A program made the translations under genes and the position numbers. From the NCBI GenBank assembly GCA_964106915.2, contig OZ066919.1: a stretch of DNA of 64,000 nt. One strand, 5' to 3'. The DNA is from Podarcis gaigeae (Eukaryota). The notes beneath the pieces were generated by a model that made no database searches, was not told the origin of the DNA, and saw only the letters and a list, made by a program, of their open reading frames with translations. How positions within the stretch are numbered: the first letter of the stretch is position 1; every line of letters starts with the position of its first letter. This document shows, in pieces, positions 13,356-24,800 of the stretch.

Positions 13356-15904
13356 AGCAGTTCAACAATGGAACTAATTAATCCTAAGATCTTCAAGCAG
13401 AGGTTGGACTGCAATCTGTTGGGGGTGGTTTAAGCTCAGGATCTTCAGAATCAAGGAGGGCATTGGACTAAATGTGCTAAGAAACTAGATTTCTAAGAGG
13501 TTGTTATGGACTTCCAAAGGGCAGCCCAACGTACTAGCTTCCAGAACAAAGAACATTGCATGACAAGGTATGTCATTCCTACAGTAAACAGCCCCGGCTT
13601 GCTGGCACACACAGCAAGTGCATGAACACACCCACACAGGCACAATCATACCTGTCCTTTTACATTAGACATGAAAGCCTGCCTGTGTCTCTCCAAACAC
13701 AAACTCTATATACAGAATGAGGAGTTTGTAAAGATAAGAGGCTGCACCATGGCAGCTCCCCATGGGGCAGGCGGGTGGCCAGCTTGGTGGGAGTTAATTA
13801 GAATCTTGTCACTAAGTGAATGCGCCCTGCCTGGACTATGACAGATGCTCCCCTCTGACACTGGGGGCCAGGAGACAATCCACATCAAGCTACTGCAGGA
13901 TGACCCTTTTAACACAAAGAGTAAACTCACTGCACAGCAAGTTGAAGCTCATTAAAACTGTCTACTCTGTGAGCATCCCATTAACCTCCCTGTTAAAAAC
14001 ACGCAATCCCTCTTCTTCTTCTGCAGGCCTAATTAATGCTCAGGATCAGGAACAATATAACACCCTAACCTTCCTAGATTTCCAATCAGTAAATGAAAAG
14101 AGAGAGGGGAAGCCAGAAAGATACAGATGCATCACCTGCACTTCACACCATATTGGTGGTTGACCCTTTCAAATAGGTAGGCTTTCCCATGAGGCTTTCG
14201 TGAGTTAAGGGAGATGGCCTGTGCATAGCCAGGGCAGTGTAATCAGGCTGCCATTTGCACTACATGCTTTGGTTGGGCAGCTTGTAAGGCATCTACATTC
14301 AATTTCCAAAATTGCTCTGCATGCTAGGGTATATGTGTGCACACATGCAGTTCTCAATTCCTTCCCACACTCCAAACAGCCCCATAGTCAGTTCATGGGT
14401 GCTAGCTTTTTGATTCATGCAGCAATGAGTAGATTAGGCTACTGCATATGCACTAACTAGGGGTTTGTTGGGAAGGAAGGCAAGTTGTATAGACAGAAAG
14501 GAAGGAAAACAGGTAGTCCTTGGCAAATCAGCAGCAGAGTTGTCTAACCAGTGTTCAGCACTTGCTGAACAATGAAGGCGAAGAGGCTCCCTCAGATCTC
14601 AGCCCACTCTATTGTAGGGTGTGTAAAGCAAAAACAAACAAACAAAACTACTACTTCATGGCAACTCGGCCTAGAGGCCAGCATACAACTATAACTGCAG
14701 GGTCCTTCTTCGACCCTTTACCACAGGAAGGGAAAACAAAGGAACTCCATGCCACTACAGGGATGCTAAGTAAACCATGCACAGCCAGAAGCGATAAAGT
14801 TTGAGGTGACTTGTATGGGAGAAGCTGCTCCCCAAGATATGCTAGGCACAAACCATTTGGGCTTTTATAGCCACCACTTTAAATCAGGCCTGAAAGATAA
14901 TTTGCAGCCAAGAAACTGAGGAAGAATTGCCTTAATATATTCTCTGTGCCCATTTCTCAGAAAGCTCACCACAGAATTCTGTGCCTGATAAGAGTTTCCA
15001 AATCCTGTGTAGACTGCACATTACAATACTTTATCTGAAAGGTTACCAAAGAATGGAGCAGAGTGAGGACAGGTATGTCTCCCAGGCTCCCTCAGCCACT
15101 GTATCAGAGGAAGAAAGTGAGAGGTTGCACCCAGAACATGTGATCCTCCCCTACAACAGACTGCCAACCATCACACCTGTTGTCTAGATTCAGTCTAGCA
15201 TTCATCCAGCCCAGAATGTGCTCCTGCTGCTCCTTGATGTGATGATGAAGAAGAACAACAACAGAGCTGAATCTCATCAGAATATCTGATTTGAAGTTTG
15301 CTTCATCTCTAGTGAGACTACTCCACCTGCCAATCAACCCCTCTTTCACTATTTCTGCACCCTATTGGGGCTCCTGGCCTCCCCAATTGAAGTGCTTGAA
15401 CTGAAATGTTCTAGACCAAACTAACATGACATTACACCGTTTATGGCAAGTAACACTTACTAAAGTCACAGTCAAGCATTCGGAAATCATATACCGTATT
15501 TTAAGAATGTTTTTCTATATAAATGCGCAATGGTTACTGAATAGGTCCAGAGAAAAAAACACATTACTGTCTTCCAGTAATGGAAAATATTTATTAATTT
15601 TAAAACTACACTTGACACACATTGTTAGGGTCTACACAAATTGTAAAAGAGCCACGACAAGCTTGAACGAATCACAACTCCAAAAGCTGCTTTACCATTG
15701 TTTGCAAAATGGAGTATGTTTGGGAGAGTAGGGAGACATACTTGGCACAATACTACTGTGAGAAGGAAAACTTCCCTTGTTAAAATGAGAAGTCAGGCTC
15801 GACAACCTTACTCAAGGGCTAACTGCTGGGCTCAGAGCGGATATGGCGCAGTGTTTAACCTCAGCGCTACAACCTCAGATGGCATGCAAGTGCATCACAC
15901 CAAA

Positions 15905-15930
15905 AGCAGCAGCAGTAGCAGCAGCAGCAT
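15905..15930 (+). repeat. (AGC)n microsatellite
   Basis: agcagcagcagtagcagcagcagc. Confidence 0.85.
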
Positions 15931-17969
15931 GTGCTCCCACCTCAAGGCTGTTTAACTGAAATGAAGAAGCAAGAGCCCCTGGAAAGAAAAGTCAGTCAAG
16001 AAGATTGGGGAAAATAAACCACTATTGTGCACTGCTATCCAGCAGGGCAAAGCCAACTAATGACAGTCCGATAAATGTACAAGGTAATTAAAGGAAGTGA
16101 CAGATTATATTCTAGGGATGTTTGTTGCTTTAGTGTGGTAAGAGGAGACACTATAAACACTCCTATAAAACACAGAGAGGAGATGAATGGTTCTAAGGGG
16201 TCCCTAGCAACAATGTGATACAGGTCTTGCATCAGGCTCCCCCTCCAGCCCAATTTGTGAGCTTTTCCTACTGCATACATATATTGCTGAAATGAATTTA
16301 CACTCAGGCACAGAAGCAAAATTTCAATGCTACATCCTATCAATGAAGCAACCAGACCCATAGTTCAAAAGGAGCTTGCTAATTAAAAGCTGGTAAGCTT
16401 TAAATAATTCATCTCCTTAACTCATATTGATTTGGTAGTTTAGTGGTTAGGATCTTGAAACAATATTAAACAGCTTCCTCCAGGCTCGGGTGGTGGGTAA
16501 CTTTCTCACATAAGTCTCTCACCCTAGGAAATGTAAATGCCCAACAGCAAGAAGCAGACAGAGGTGGACACGCCTAGGCAGGGGCAAAGGAAAGGAGAAA
16601 TGCAACTAGTCGGATTAAAAGGTCAGACATTAGAAGGGTTTTACATAAAGAACAGGAAACAATGAACAGGTTGTATCAATATCCCTCAATCTGAGAGCTT
16701 TTCATATTTTCCTGGACTGGCACGACACACAGGTTCCTAAAGAACAAACCCTATAGTAATTCTCCCGCATACAGGACAAGGAAGCACAAAGATATATATT
16801 GGCCCATGCCAGCTAGGACTGTCACATTAGATATTTTAGGACTTTGGGGCAAAAATTCAGAGAAGTACAGCAAAAGCTGAAGAGAAGTACAGTATATACT
16901 CTCATAGCTGTATGCTAGCAGGACTAACAAACAGCCAGCTCTCCAAAACTTGTTGGATCCAGAAGGTGGGATGATCATGGCTAAAACACACACACTTGAG
17001 TAGAAAAAATGGATTCTAAAATCAGGGGCCAAGTGAGGGGTGGTTTGGCATGACCTCAGGAAGGACCCTACCATGATGATCTGGCAAAACCCCACTATGG
17101 GGGAAGGAAGACAAAGGCATTGCACTTCTGAGGCATCATGTTCACCGTTGCCACTCAAATGCAGCAGCAAGTGTCAACTGGCTGAGAAACATATATAGCG
17201 GTAATGGATCTGGATGCTAGACTGACAAAAGAGAAACGATATCAAAGTGGAGCATGCTTATTTCTCTACTACCAGCTCCTTCGGAATCCAGCATCCTTTT
17301 GTATTCCAGAGGTAGTGGCAGCCCTAAACCTATGTGCTCAAGTTCTTGCCACAGCAAAGACAGTGATAAGCTGGCTTCCACAGATAAGAGAGCCACACAT
17401 CCTTGGGAACTGCAGATGAGCCTGCCACTATACACTATTCCACAAACAGAGAAAAATACACCTGGACTGGAGTGAGAGAAGGAAGTCATGTTACTGACCT
17501 ATCCCACTGTGAGGCCTTCCTATGTGCTGTAGGTTCAGGCCTTTGTTCATGTCTAAGAGTCCATTCTTTGGCCAGCTCCCCATGGCAAAGCTGTATGCCT
17601 GCAAAAGAAAGCAGAAAAAAGATATTTTAGATAATTGTACAACAAGAGGATGGCTCAGTATCACAAGGCTGGACCCTACTGAAGCATTGTAAAAAGTTAC
17701 ATAGTACCTTTAGGCCCTCTCTTGCTGATATTTGGCTGATTACTCAGACAGAACACACAATATGATCTGCCCAGTGCTTTTACTTTGAGCTTTCCATCTC
17801 CACATAATTCTGCAAATACAAATTCTTACTCTCTTGTCTCAAGCTTTCCTTCTATCTCTCACAACTTAAATCTGTTTTAGTGCAGATATTGTTGACTTGC
17901 TGTCTTAGTTTATTCCAGGTCCCACAACACAAAATGCCAAGTTCTCCACATTTTCTGCAAACAGAATGT

Positions 17970-18090
17970 TGAAAATTGAATTAAGCAAATTTTCATTGAC
18001 CATTTCCACTAATAAATCAATCAGATTTGATTTGTTGTACATAAACACCATTTACCATCAGCAACATTGCCAATAACTCATTCAGAACTG
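17970..18090. promoter_or_regulatory. Candidate enhancer/CNE with overlapping Pbx-Hox sites
   Basis: Minus strand TGATTGATTTAT at 18012-18023 contains two TGATNNAT sites. Confidence 0.4.
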
Positions 18091-18720
18091 TGCCACCCAC
18101 ACTGATTAAAGTACTCCAGCCTTAGCAGATGCCAACAGGAAAGGGGAAAAATATAATGCCAAGCAACAGTCATGGGGGGAGGGAAGCAAATGCATAAAGC
18201 AGGTGACGAGGTATGCAAAGATTAAATATGACATTCCCTTAAGCTGCACTGAGTATCCCTCTCAGAACCCTCTGAAATCTTTATCAGTCACTCTTGCATC
18301 TTTTCAGATTTTTCTCTGCACCGTGAGGGCAACACACATTTTAAAATTAAACCTCAGAGTCTATCTGACATACCTCCTGTGTCACCTCATTCCTTCTGCT
18401 CCAGAGACCGATGAAAGCCTTTTTCTTATTAATTTACAACCATGTGAAATTTTACTAATCAAAATATAATCAGGTTAGGTTCTAAAGTCCATTATTAAAT
18501 TGGGCGGGGAGCTGGGAGAGAGAATTTGCCTGCTGGTGGAAGCCACCTAGAAGAAACCCCAATTATTTGTTTTCCAATAATGAGAACAAGCTTTCGACTC
18601 CCGAACCAACTATGACATTGTTAGTCCTAGATCTCAAAGGCACCCACAACCGTTTCTGACTAAACAATGTAATTGATGTTCTACCAATACAAAGGGATTC
18701 TGCCCCGGAGCCTCTAAAGC

Positions 18721-18856
18721 CAGCCTTTCTCAACCTGATGCCCTCCAAATGTAATGGACTGCAACTCCCATCAGCCCCAGCAAACATGACCAATGGTCAG
18801 GGATTATGGGAGCTGCAGTCCAGTATATCTGAAGGGCACCAGGCTGAGGAAACTTT
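18721..18856. mobile_element. Short hAT-type MITE (ggactgcaactcccatc family)
   Basis: Terminal cagcctttctcaacctg / caggctgaggaaa and internal inverted ggactgcaactcccat / atgggagctgcagtcc; relatives near 36905-37045, 37950-38068 and 49740-49870. Confidence 0.7.
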
Positions 18857-20918
18857 GCACTCTTTCTGATGCTCCTATATGTTTGATCTCTAGCCATAAT
18901 GTTTAGGGACTTGCAGCTCTGTCCTAACCTGATTACTTTTGTATTGCAGTCTACAAGAATTATCCAAAGATGCTATGTGGATTTCCATTTCAACAGCTAA
19001 GTTGAGAGACTACTCCATACTATGCACTGTAACCACTTTGAAGAAGGTTGGATAGAAACATAGTAAGAACAATAAACTCTGGAACTTGTCATCAGTTATC
19101 CCCCGCCCGCCCCCCCCCCCCCGTCTGCCTTGAGCTTAACATATTTAAGGAGATATTTGAATACATTAGTTAAGCAATAGTTATTTTTATATTTGCTTGA
19201 ATCCCTCAAACAAGTTTAAGGATTGCAGGTTTTTGTTATAAATATATTCTTTTTGGCTCAGCTATTCTAAGTTTAATTATGCCTAAAAATAACAATGCTT
19301 AGTGCTATAATATGAATCTAAGCAGTTGGGCGAGGAAACTGATCATGTTCTCAGCTAAATACTGTTAAAGAAAATAAGGTTTAAACCAAATGCTCCTGTT
19401 ATTTTTCCAGGTATCCATTAAGGCAAAGCTTCTAATTAATAGATGACAGGGACAATGTTCTTTTGGAAAGAAAGGTCCAGCATAACAACTTGTGAGTAGA
19501 GTTCCATTTAGAGCTCCATTTTGACTCTCACCCAGCTTGTGCAAGAGCACGGGTGCAGTTTAGTTTGGGTAACTGGCTCTTGGCAGCCACTGTTCCTTCC
19601 TTCATTCCTGAACTGAGATTCCAAGAGTCCCTTCTTTGAGGCCCAGGAGATAACACTGCTGTTTGCCATCTGCTCTTTCCAACTCACTCTGTCTCATCAT
19701 GCAGCAATTGTCAACAGCACTTCTAGCACATATTAGACCACAAGGCAAGGCATTCACTGTTCACATCACTGAACTGTCCAGGTGCTATACTTGAATAGCT
19801 TGGGAACCATGTGCTGCTCCAAGGCTACATTTCAGCTAACCCTACAATAATTATAGAGGAATATTTGTTCATGAGCAGAAGCTTGAATACCCAGAGTTTA
19901 TCTGGAGCAAGGGAAACACCTTGCTAGAATAAACTTGATGGAAGAGGATCCTAGACTAGTTTGGGCAGAGGGACAAGGTAGAAAAGAAATGAGCAAATTT
20001 AAGCGTGCAATGTGGAAAAGTGCACTAACAGCTGCACAAAGCCTCAGGGCCTTAAAACACCACAATAATTATGATCTGACAGCAGCATAACTTCTCCATC
20101 ACAAGGTATTACAGAAGCTGTGTCATTGTGAGATATTAATGGTGCAAGGCTTAGCTATACTTAAGTGCTGGGCTGCCATGTGAGCCATTGTTCCCAGACA
20201 AAATCATGTCAATCCACAGAATATATCACCGCCATGTCCACTTTATCTCAGCTACCCCAGAAATAGGCAGAACAGGGATCTTAACAGAGTTAGCAGCTAT
20301 CCTTTTCCTTACCTGGCTAACCACAACTTGGAGAAGATAACAGCCACAGTAGTGTCTGAGGGCTGTTACACTGGAAGGGGGGAATCAAGCCCAACTTTGC
20401 TCCTGTAATCACTAAAGTATTTACTGGGTCAGCTTGTGGGGAAACCCATACCTACTATACTGTTAAGATACTCACTGGGGAATCTTCATCTAATACAAAA
20501 CGGTCTTAGAATGCTCCTCTATCTGCTGGTGCCCAAATACTCACAATATCCAACTTTCTGGTATGCAGAGAATTACATTTTTCTAAGAGGGACATAGAGG
20601 GACCAATTTCATTTAATATTTGCTTTCAGATATCTTTCAGCATAGTACGTACTGTGTTTCATTTTCTTCTATTAGCTTTTTCTAAGCCTTCAGAGAAACT
20701 TTAGATCAAAATAAAAGCGAACAAACAGTGCAACATCATTAAAATCAACCTCCTTACATTTGGTATCCTCAAATCTTCTGGTAACACTGATTTCTTTACA
20801 AAAGGGGGTCCAAGGCTCTATCTGGGAACTTAAGATTTCTTAGCCTAGGACTATTGAACACACAGAAGAACAAGCCTTAGTGTACAATTCTGCCCCCTGT
20901 CAAGCAGTGACAGAGCTT

Positions 20919-21295
20919 GATGTGCTCTATGGGGAGCTGGCTTTGGGCACAAGGCCTGGTGGCAGACCACCACTACATTATAAAGATGTCTCCAAATGTG
21001 ACATGAAAACCAGCAACATTAACCCCACCATGTGGCAATTCCTTGCAGATGACCACAGTGCTTGGAAGCAATCCGTCAGGTTGCATATCCACAGCAGTGA
21101 CCAGAGGAGGAATTACTGCTGGGATGAGCACAGAGAGAAGAAATGTCATGGTGGAAACCTTCATTTGCCCCAGCTGCAGTAAAATATGTCTCTCCCTTAT
21201 TGGTCTCTACAGCCACAGTAGGTCCTGTAACTCTCCAATGGTTTGACTTAACCCCCAATGGCCCACTCTTGCAAGACAGACGGATGGCAACAAAA
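20919..21295 (+). mobile_element. RTE-clade LINE 3' fragment (not BovB-type)
   Basis: DVLYGELALGTRPGGRPPLHYKDVSKCDMK...W..LADDHSAWKQ, then frameshifted C2H2-like FICPSCSKICLSLIGLYSHSRSC. Confidence 0.85.
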
Positions 21296-21368
21296 TTAAC
21301 CTCCACTGTACACAGTTCACTGAAAACTCCAACTCCACATGCAGTGCAGAGTGGAGAACTCTACACAT

Positions 21369-21900
21369 CCAGATGGAATGTGTAGAGTTCTGTACATCCC
21401 ATCTGAAAAACACAGAAAAAACTGCAACAAAAATGATCAAGTGCTGGAGCACATTCTCTATTAGTAAAGCCTTTGGAGCTTTTTAGTTCAGAAAAAGGAC
21501 AACTAAAGGGAGCCATGATAGGAGCTTTATAAGATTACTAATGACACAGAGAGGATGGATAGAGATTTTTCTCTTTCTCTCTTAATATTAGGACTCAGGG
21601 TTGCCAAATGAAATTGATCAGTAGTAGATTCAGAGCAGACAAAACGAAGTTCTATTTCACCTAAAACAAAACTACCTTAGGCAATTTACTGCCATGGTAT
21701 GTAGCAATGGCCACTACCATACATGGCTTTTAAAAAGGACTAGACAAATTCAGTGGGAGAACAGGTCTATCAAAAGCTATTCGTCATGGTAGCTAAGTGG
21801 AATCTCAATGTTTAGAGGCAGGATACCTTGGAAGGCATACAGTGTGGGAAGGCTCATGACTTCTAGAGGACTTCCCAGAGTCCTCTGGAAGGTCACTATT
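21369..21900 (+). mobile_element. CR1 (L3-like) LINE 3' fragment
   Basis: Degenerate KTATKMIK.LEH...FS.EKGQL.G.MI..YKI...MKLISSRFRADKTK.YF...AT..HGF.KGLDKF; the 3' UTR resumes at about 22180-22260. Confidence 0.8.
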
Positions 21901-21928
21901 AATATCATCTAGACTACTGACCAGTTAA

Positions 21929-21929
21929 A

Positions 21930-21963
<34 letters not shown>

Positions 21964-21965
21964 AC
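21929..21965 (+). repeat. (CA)n microsatellite
   Basis: Direct observation. Confidence 0.95.
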
Positions 21966-22619
21966 TAAAATACACAAATACAATAAAATAAAAATAAAAC
22001 TCTCAGTACAATTATTAAATATGGCTAAAGTGACCCTTGCTCATTTATCACCCTCCAAGTGGCTCCTCTGAAGGTGAACCTCCATTTGGTGTCATCCCTT
22101 TGATGACTAGCCGCCAGTGGTGACCCCTTACAAATAAGCCCAGCAGTGAGTCAGAAAAACAGAAGTCAGCCCTTACTGGGTGGGACAGATTCTCACTAAG
22201 ATGCTGGCTTTGAAAGGCTCTTGGTCTGATCTAGCAGATCATTTCTAATTATCTTATTCCCATTTTAAGGGCATGCAAAGCTGACTGCTTTGTCACTCAA
22301 GTATTCTACTCACAGAAGTTTTTGGAAAAGCATCCTTTATGAGACAGTCACTGCAAGGGAAGCAAGGAGTGAACACCCCAAGGAAAGCATTTACAGTCCC
22401 AATAGCCACATAGATACAGAGCTAGGAGACTCCTGCTGTACCACCTACAGCTCTCCTGACTAGCAAACTCTCTCTTTCAAAGCCAGTGTATTTAAGGCCC
22501 CTCCCCACCAATCAGTGCCACTGCTGAGATGTCCCTGGAGTTCCATCACAGGGTTTTGGGTAGTTAATTTATTGCCACGTATGTAGCCATTTATGCTGCT
22601 TTGTTACTCCTGCCTTAGC

Positions 22620-22810
22620 AAAACACAGGGGCTCCACAGGTAATTAATAGACAACACTGCTAATCCTATTGGGAGATGATTAGCAATTAAAACTCCTAAT
22701 TAAGTCTATGCATAATTCACTGAAATTACATCCCTGTGTACACAATAGAGAGGTTTCCTTCGCCTTTGACAAATACGCACTGATATCTTTATTACTCATT
22801 CAAATCACTG
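22620..22810. promoter_or_regulatory. Candidate enhancer/CNE, homeodomain-site cluster
   Basis: TAATTA (22641, 22697), TAATCC (22661), ATGCATAAT (22708), ACAATAG (22742). Confidence 0.45.
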
Positions 22811-23009
22811 TGGCCCAGGATCTGGTCTATTACCCACAAGGGAGACTGAACTTCTGGTTTTCTTCCTCTTCTGTTGAGCTGTACTTCATCCCTCCATCCC
22901 CTGCCATGCAGCAAGAATCTTCTCTTTTTTATTATTTGGATGGGGGGAGCTGTTCCACCATAATACCAGGAGGGAAAAGCAGCTCAGCTCTTTTTAAATA
23001 GGCACAGTG

Positions 23010-23023
23010 GTGCCCCCTCCTGG
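23010..23023 (-). promoter_or_regulatory. CTCF-like motif
   Basis: Minus strand CCAGGAGGGGGCAC versus consensus CCASYAGRKGGCRS. Confidence 0.35.
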
Positions 23024-24589
23024 CTTTAACTTATATTTGGAAGGTGCCAGAAAGGAAAGTCGTGCAAGCAAGTTAGTGGAAGATACATTGGAAAATGTAA
23101 TCTACAACAAAGGGGCAGAAAGCTTAGCCAAGAAGGCAAAATGGTAGAACTCTCTCAGCCTCATCCAAGAAGCAGCCAGCAAAATTAGGCTCCACTTGCT
23201 AAGTACTGTACAAAAGTTACCAAGAATTTGAGACTCAGAAGCACTTCACACATTACACTTTGCTTATATAGTTCTGCATACTTCTGTGCATAGAATATTA
23301 CACACAAAATGTATACACTATAAAGAATACAAGTGTCTATTTCACTGCATGTTTCCTTCATGCACGTTCTTCACAAATGATCATATATATGTTTTATAAT
23401 AATACTTCTTCCTACACATAAAGGCAAATTGCCTCACTCTCTGTATGGCATGGGTGCATCCATACTTTGCTGGACTAATTGCATCATATGAAAAAAGACG
23501 TGGTATCAATATGATGCATAGGAAATTGTGCTAATCTGAAATGGAAGTCTCATCTCTACATTGCATAGAATAATACAGTAATGAAGAGGTAAAATGGACT
23601 ATCCCACTTTAAGCTGTAGATAGGGGAGCATTCAAAAATGTGATCTGTGTAAAAGTACCACCTCCCTGCAAGCGGAAAAGTAGCAAATCAGGAAAAGTAG
23701 TTTTCCCTGATGTGCTAGTTCCTTTAGTTAAATGAAGAGGTCTTTTGTTCACATGGAAGAGCATTCAAAAACTGAATCTCCTAATTGTGGCTTGACATAC
23801 TGCAAGTACCCTTTGCCACCTCAGGATTCTAACACCTTGTTCGGTTGCGTCCTACACACGTGTGTGCATATTCACACTTATGTAGCCTAAGAAACAAGCT
23901 CATTAAATGACCCTGAACCTTAATGAACAGAAATTGTCACCTAAACAAAATCCAGGCTGACACCAGAGGGTGTCAAAGCCTGTTGATAGCAGCTCACTGA
24001 GGCTCCAGGTCAAGATTTCCCCCCAGGCCCCATAACAGGAATTGCTGGGCGTTGGGCCTGGATCCTCATATAGATAAAGCATGTACAATACAGCCCCACT
24101 TCACACTCTCTAGGTCTATCAGCTTATATGGAAGAGCCAGTCTTCTAAGGCTTACATCTGAGCCCCGAAGTCAGGATCAGGACCACAACTGGGCTTTTCT
24201 TTGCATCACATTCTGCTTTGCTCATCAAGGTCGTTGAGAACGGCAGGAATACCTGAGCAAACTTGTTAAAGAGGCAGCATGGAAGGTGGCCTGAGCACTG
24301 AAGGTCAAGTGTGCCCTTATGCATATTCACAGCTGCCTGCAGGATCGATTGGGTTTTAATTGTTTTTCCTGGGGTTTTGGAAGGAAGTGCCAGGGGCATT
24401 GATCAGCCCTTGACGAAGCCACTCACACTTGGGGCCTCACATAGGCTGTCACTTTGGTACAGGCAGACGGAAACGAAGGAGCTAAGAATGAGAGACAGAA
24501 AGCAAAACATGCCACTTGAGAAGGGGATGCTGCCCCAATCTGCGCCGAGTAGAAAACAGGGAGGGGAGGCAGGAGCTGCGCGCGGAGAT

Positions 24590-24800
24590 GTGTGACCAGT
24601 GAATTGTATTTGAAAATAAAGTTTTTAATTAAAATGGGCAATTCTGAGCCGCCTGCTGGCAGCGGCCAAGCAATCAGGAGACAGGAGCATGGCTGTTTAA
24701 TATTTAAACACAACGTTTAATCTTTAAACAGGAAAGTTCTTCTTCTGACTGTTAAAGCCTCTATTAAAGCAGGATGGAAAGGGCTTCACAGCGGCTGCCA
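24590..24800. promoter_or_regulatory. Candidate enhancer/CNE with CTCF-like site
   Basis: TTAATTAA, minus-strand CCAGCAGGCGGC at 24648-24659, retained CpGs. Confidence 0.4.

Noticed and set aside
19774-19788. REST/RE1-like ctgtcc-a-ggtgct
   Set aside because: Half-site spacing is non-canonical and the flanks mismatch
20313-20370. 58-nt exon-like segment (cccccttccag...CAG|gtaagg) on the minus strand
   Set aside because: Good splice signals but frame-shifting length and no homology; cannot be supported without RNA data
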